The position numbers and the translations under genes were made by a program. The notes under the pieces are model-generated. The model was given only the letters and a program-made list of their open reading frames with translations. It searched no databases and was not told the origin of the DNA. Shown here one piece after another: positions 59,421 to 64,000 of a stretch of DNA of 64,000 bases. The DNA comes from Curvularia clavata (lineage: Eukaryota), in assembly GCA_023920165.1 (NCBI GenBank), contig CP089281.1, forward strand, positions 496,001-560,000. Reading direction: 5' to 3'. Every line of letters starts with the position of its first letter. The first letter of the stretch is position 1.

Positions 59421-60281
59421 ATGCCGTCGTCGAGCGCCACTGTCGAAGCGCCAGCCGTCAAGAAGCGGGGGCGCCCCAAGAAAGTCGTAGCAGAAGACGC
59501 AGGGAAACCAACTGTTGCCGAGGTGAAGAAAACAGCGGCTGTGAAGAAGACGACTGCAAAGACCGCGACGGCAAAGGAGAAGCTTGTCGAGCCTAAGAAA
59601 GAGAAGAAGACGGTCGCAAAGAAGATTGCGCCGGAACGGCCTTTGCCCGCCACGCCGGCGACAAGCAAGATATTAGAAGAGGTCCGCGCCAAGGGGACGC
59701 TGAAGAAGACACTGCCTACGCAGGCAACTAAGACAGAGGGTGCTGGAGATGTCAGCAAGACATCAGCGACCACACAATCCAAGCCCGCATCTTCACCTCA
59801 GGCGACCCCGATATCAGACCTGCAGACCAAACCCCCTCGAATCCAACATACCACCCCAACCAAAACCTCACCTCCCACTGCCCAACAACAACGAACCAGC
59901 ACGATTCCGCTCCCCAGTAAACCCATCCCCGCCCCCTCCCCTGTCCAGCACAATACCATCCGTTCCTCCTCACGGCCCCAACAACCACCCTTACCCTCAC
60001 AACTCCCCCCAAACCCTTACCCCCAGCGCCGACCCCCCGGTTTGTCGCACTACCAACACGCCAACACGCGCATCATTGAGCCGACGCCCGATATCCGCCT
60101 ACCGCCCAAGTACAAGCCTGCTGCGCGCCGCGTAACGGCAATTATAGTCGCTCTGCCCATTGTCATAGTGTTTGGGTATGAGCTTTGGGCGCGGTGGACC
60201 GGGAAAAAGGAGGTTAAGCGGAAGTTTGGAGATGTACATGCGGGGGTGGAGAGGAGGGTGGAGAAGGGGGCTGAGGAGTAG
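59421..60281 (+). CDS. Hypothetical Lys/Pro-rich protein with an AT-hook-like motif and a C-terminal TM helix
   Basis: aaaATGccg start; KKRGRPKK; YKPAARRVTAIIVALPIVIVFGYELWAR. The frame is open further upstream (59073), so the start is uncertain. Confidence 0.7.
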   Translation: MPSSSATVEAPAVKKRGRPKKVVAEDAGKPTVAEVKKTAAVKKTTAKTATAKEKLVEPKKEKKTVAKKIAPERPLPATPATSKILEEVRAKGTLKKTLPTQATKTEGAGDVSKTSATTQSKPASSPQATPISDLQTKPPRIQHTTPTKTSPPTAQQQRTSTIPLPSKPIPAPSPVQHNTIRSSSRPQQPPLPSQLPPNPYPQRRPPGLSHYQHANTRIIEPTPDIRLPPKYKPAARRVTAIIVALPIVIVFGYELWARWTGKKEVKRKFGDVHAGVERRVEKGAEE

Positions 60282-60906
60282 GGAGGTATAATGAAGATGA
60301 TGACGACGAATAATGATGGGTAATATCTAATTCGTATATGAAGGAGGGGAATGAAGGATTGGTCTCTGTTTGATAAAATGATCCGCTCAATGCAATGGAG
60401 AACTTTGGTAATGAACTAGAATTGTATTGTCCTTCTTCTTTTCTTGTTTTGTGGTTGGTAAATCCCTTCTACACTCTGTCTTACTCTCAGTCCAGAGTAT
60501 CTAGCTAGCAGTCTACGTGTAGACTCAATCCACTCCCTTGTTTCTCTACACAGAGAGAGATATCTAACGAAGGGAGGTTATATATGTGTAAACGACCGCA
60601 ACATCCCCATACCACCTTGATGGGTCAATATGCTTGCTCTTGCTCTGTTCGCATCCTACACAAGCTGAAATGAAAAAATAAAGAAGATCGTATGTGTCAA
60701 AGGTATATGCTGCCGTCTAATGCGACCAATTGGTATATATCCATGCTGTGGAGAACACGCCTAAAATGCTGACACAAGAGACATACGAAAGGGAATCAGA
60801 ACGCAGACGGTAAAGAACCTCGATGATGAGAGTAACGATTGACAAAAAGAGAAGATCAATAGTTGCAAAGTATACAAAAGAATATAATGAGCTCAAACAC
60901 AAGCAA

Positions 60907-63490
60907 CTACATACAATTTTTCTTCCTCATCAGCATCGCCCTCGTTCCCGATGGATCAAGTGGTAGTCCGGTTACACTGTTGCGCCTACTACTCGGCCTA
61001 CTAGTCGCTGGCGAGGGCGTAGGCCAGACGAACTCGGGCTCCAGCTGTGGTGGTCCGACACTGATATCAGGCGTGGCGGGCCCCGGCGGGTGAAATAGAC
61101 GCTTGTAACGTAGCTCTGGCGAGCTGGGTTCATTGCCCGCTGCCGACTGCGACGTTGCAGATGTCATGGTGAGATGGAACATCGTGCCTGTCCGGCGTCG
61201 CAGTGGACTAGGAGGTGGCGAGGGTGTACGTCGAGAAACAGGTTGTGGAGCAGGCCGCATCACGGCTTGGGGTGTCGAAGGCCACAGCATTGGGCCTTGG
61301 AAATTTGGCGATGTAGGAGGTGAAGGCGACGAAACGCCATCTGTAAGGTCTGAATCAGGGTCGGCGAAATAATCTTGGTCAGAAGTATCGTTCGTTGACG
61401 ACGCTGGATCCAATTGAATCGCGTCAGTATTGAGATTGTGTGTCGACTGGGACTGGGGATTTGCACCATTCATTTTCTTAGCAGAGAGCGGCTGCAGAGA
61501 TGCTCTCAGTTGCGAACGTGAGAGGAATGGAGTTGTAGGTGCTGACTTCCGAAGGACCGGGCTGGGAGGTTGGGTCACCACTTGGAAACGTGTCGACTTA
61601 TGCATCGACCCCGCTCGCTGTCTTTGAGAGATGTTAGTGTCTTGAGAACTGGTGCGTCTGATTTTAGGTTCATTCGGTGGCGACGTGAACACGAGTTGCC
61701 CCTTCAGTTTCTGTATCGTGTCGTCCAAAGCCAGCTCAATGGCAACATGATTCTGTATACGTGAGAGCTTTGGCCAGGTTGCACGTTGCCCAGTAAGCAA
61801 ACATCCAATCATATACTCCGTCGTTGGGTTGGTTAATACTCTCGGGAAGTCGGCATAGCTGACCTTGGGGAAAATGTTAATATCCCCAGAGTACCGCTGA
61901 CTCAGAATGGATTTGCCTTTGGTGGCTAAGTTGGGAAACAATCCAGTGTCTGCCATCTGCTGGAGGCGATGCATGACCTCGCCTTTGCATAGACTGGCAG
62001 AAACGCTCAGCCAACTGGGGCCGGCTCCAAGATCCTGTGGAGCTTCGCCTGGGGCTAGCTCCTCCTCCTTGGCCAGAAAAGGAACAACATGTGGATTCAC
62101 TTGAGAGACGATGAAATGGTTAACATTGAACAACTCAGATAGACGTGTCATGGGTAGGTCATTGTCTACCGAGCCGTCGATCCAAGTAGCGTCAGGATTG
62201 GGGTCCCAAGGGATTTCGAGACCCGTTTTGGGGTCTTTAGCGATAAGGGACGCCTTCTTGTAGACCAATGGGACCGAGCAAGATGTGCACCTGTGGTTGA
62301 TTAGCGTAAATATAAAACAGTGGTACGGCAATTACCCACACTGCTGACCAAATCATGACGTTCGGGGCTGTAATGTAATTCAACAGTCTGGGAAGTTCAT
62401 AGAGTGAGGACGTCGAAACTGGTATGTTCAAGATGCGACGAGTCCGGTTGTAGGCTTCTTGGAAAGTTAGATCTCCAAGCAGGTTTCGCATGACTCTGGC
62501 TAGATGCGAAATATCGAACAAAACACCAGACTTCATCATACGCATCGCCTTTCCCAGGATGCCGTCTGGTTGGTCAGGGTTCTCAAAGACGTTGAGGTCA
62601 CCATAGCAGAATTCGTGCAGGATGTCGGGTATCTCTGCATCAGTTTTTGTGCAAAGCACAGCACACACAATGCTACCAGCAGAAGCTCCAGAAATGATGC
62701 GCGGGAGAAGCCGGGCTTCCCACAGGGCTTTGACAACGCCAATATGGTTCATACCCAAGGTTCCTCCCCCTGAGAGCAGCAGTGCGCTTCGGCCGAAGGA
62801 CTGGCGAGTCTGCAGGAGCTGGTCGACCAGTCGTCGGGGCTCAACAGCACATTGATGACCTTGCTTTTCTGAGACGCTCAACAAAGCCGCCAAGGTTTGT
62901 TGTGCTGACTCAATATACCTCTCAATGAGGCGCTTGGTTCCGATGTGCGAATGCTTGTAGAGGCGCAAATCACCCATGTCACCCAATCCGCGGGTGAGGG
63001 TGGTTCTGATGAGGAACAACATCCTCTTGACGTCGCAGCTCATACGCGCGTCGTCGAGCTCCTTTAGCCGGGCGGCGACCAGGTCTGCGTTGTACTCGAG
63101 TGTCTCGTCGTGCTCCTTCCAGGCTTCGTTGCCCTCTAGAATGTCAAGCTCGGTAGCGGCGAGTTTCCATTCGTCGTAAGTTTCGGCCTGTGCAACATGA
63201 TTAGCATGTGACAAGAAGTACCACCAATCTGAAGAACCCACGTCTTTCATGCGCAGGTACAAGACCTGCCGACGAGCGGCATCTGCTGTACCCGCCTCCG
63301 GTGCAGGAACGTGGCCATGGCCCAATATGCCCACAAGGCTCCCTACTGGATTCCTGGCCAGGTGTGCGAGTGGGCCCAGCAGGCCGGCATGGCTCTTGCT
63401 CTTCTTCAGGGCTTTGTGGCCATTTTGTCCTCCTCTTATGTGCAGTCGAGAGCTGCCGCCTGCAAAGATTGTGTCAGACAGCAGTGACAT
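60907..63490 (-). CDS. TGL4: Patatin-like triacylglycerol lipase (Tgl4/Tgl5 type); exons 63490-63242, 63187-62340, 62290-60907
   Basis: RQSFGRSALLLSGGGTLG, ISGASAGS (GxSxG), LTFQEAYNRTRRILNI, LLNYITAPNVMIWSAV-CTSCSVP, WIDGSVDNDLP, FNVNHFIVSQVNPH. Confidence 0.9.
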
Positions 63491-64000
63491 GGAGCGTTGG
63501 TGCACGCCATGCGCAAACGTAGCGAGGGCCGGACTGAGGGTTGAAGGGTTCCAGGGAAGGACCGATAGGGAGGTTGTGCAGTGAGTTGGGGAGCAGTCGA
63601 AGCGGGAAGGCGAGGGCTGGCCAGAACAAATATTCGAAGAAAGGACAGCGGTGGGTAGCGCAGTAATAGTGCTTTTCGCAGGAGACGCGGTGTAGGTATT
63701 GGCGGAAAATGGGTCCTGCGTAGGCGGTGGTCATGCGCCAGTTGTCGCGCAAGTCGCGGAAGCTACGTCACGGGCTGAGGGCTGGGATGCTTTTTTCTTT
63801 TCTTCAAGTGTTTTGACAGACGGCTGGCAGGTTGACAAGATGGGAGCGGGCACCCGTATTTCAGGTCCCAGAGACTGCCAGTGCCGGGTCGATGGCCAGG
63901 GAGAGTGGGTGCATGTCCGTGGGTCATCGTCATTACTCGTCCAGGGTACGGCTAAAGAAAGGCTACGATGATTTGGCCCCCCATTGCATGCTGCCACGAG

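Noticed and set aside
1..64000. Intact transposons, CRISPR arrays, rRNA or a secondary-metabolite core gene
   Set aside because: No transposase, RT or integrase motifs, terminal repeats, repeat-spacer arrays, rRNA-like sequence, or PKS/NRPS domains were seen. The adenylation enzyme at 20465 is a stand-alone acyl-CoA synthetase.

Overview
Eukaryotic, intron-containing DNA from a filamentous ascomycete; gene content and style suggest Dothideomycetes/Pleosporales, which is an inference. I resolved 24 protein-coding genes and one intron-containing tRNA-Val(UAC), placing exon boundaries by hand from GT..AG sites and frame continuity. The left part holds a bZIP transcription factor within long non-coding DNA, DSC4, RCF1, an SMP-30/regucalcin protein, a two-exon secreted 8-Cys peptide that the ORF track only half shows, an ACSF3-like acyl-CoA synthetase, an Ato/Gpr1 acetate transporter and an AAA ATPase. 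The right part holds housekeeping genes: an EF-hand myosin light chain-like protein, Afi1/MesA, a TGL4-like lipase and hypotheticals. The main result is an ~18-kb, nine-gene cluster (32231-50167) beside the tRNA that looks like an aromatic-compound catabolic pathway. It encodes a divergent fumarylacetoacetate hydrolase, a cupin, a CocE/NonD hydrolase, a LigB/DODA-type dioxygenase, a C2H2+Zn2Cys6 transcription factor, an MFS transporter, an apparently catalytically dead aldehyde dehydrogenase, a 118-aa unknown protein, and an FAD monooxygenase fused to an acetoacetate-decarboxylase-like domain. Its promoters share a composite motif, CGG-N3-GTGGRG, whose two halves and their order match what the cluster's own hybrid regulator is predicted to bind. 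All family assignments come from motif recognition; no database searches were run.
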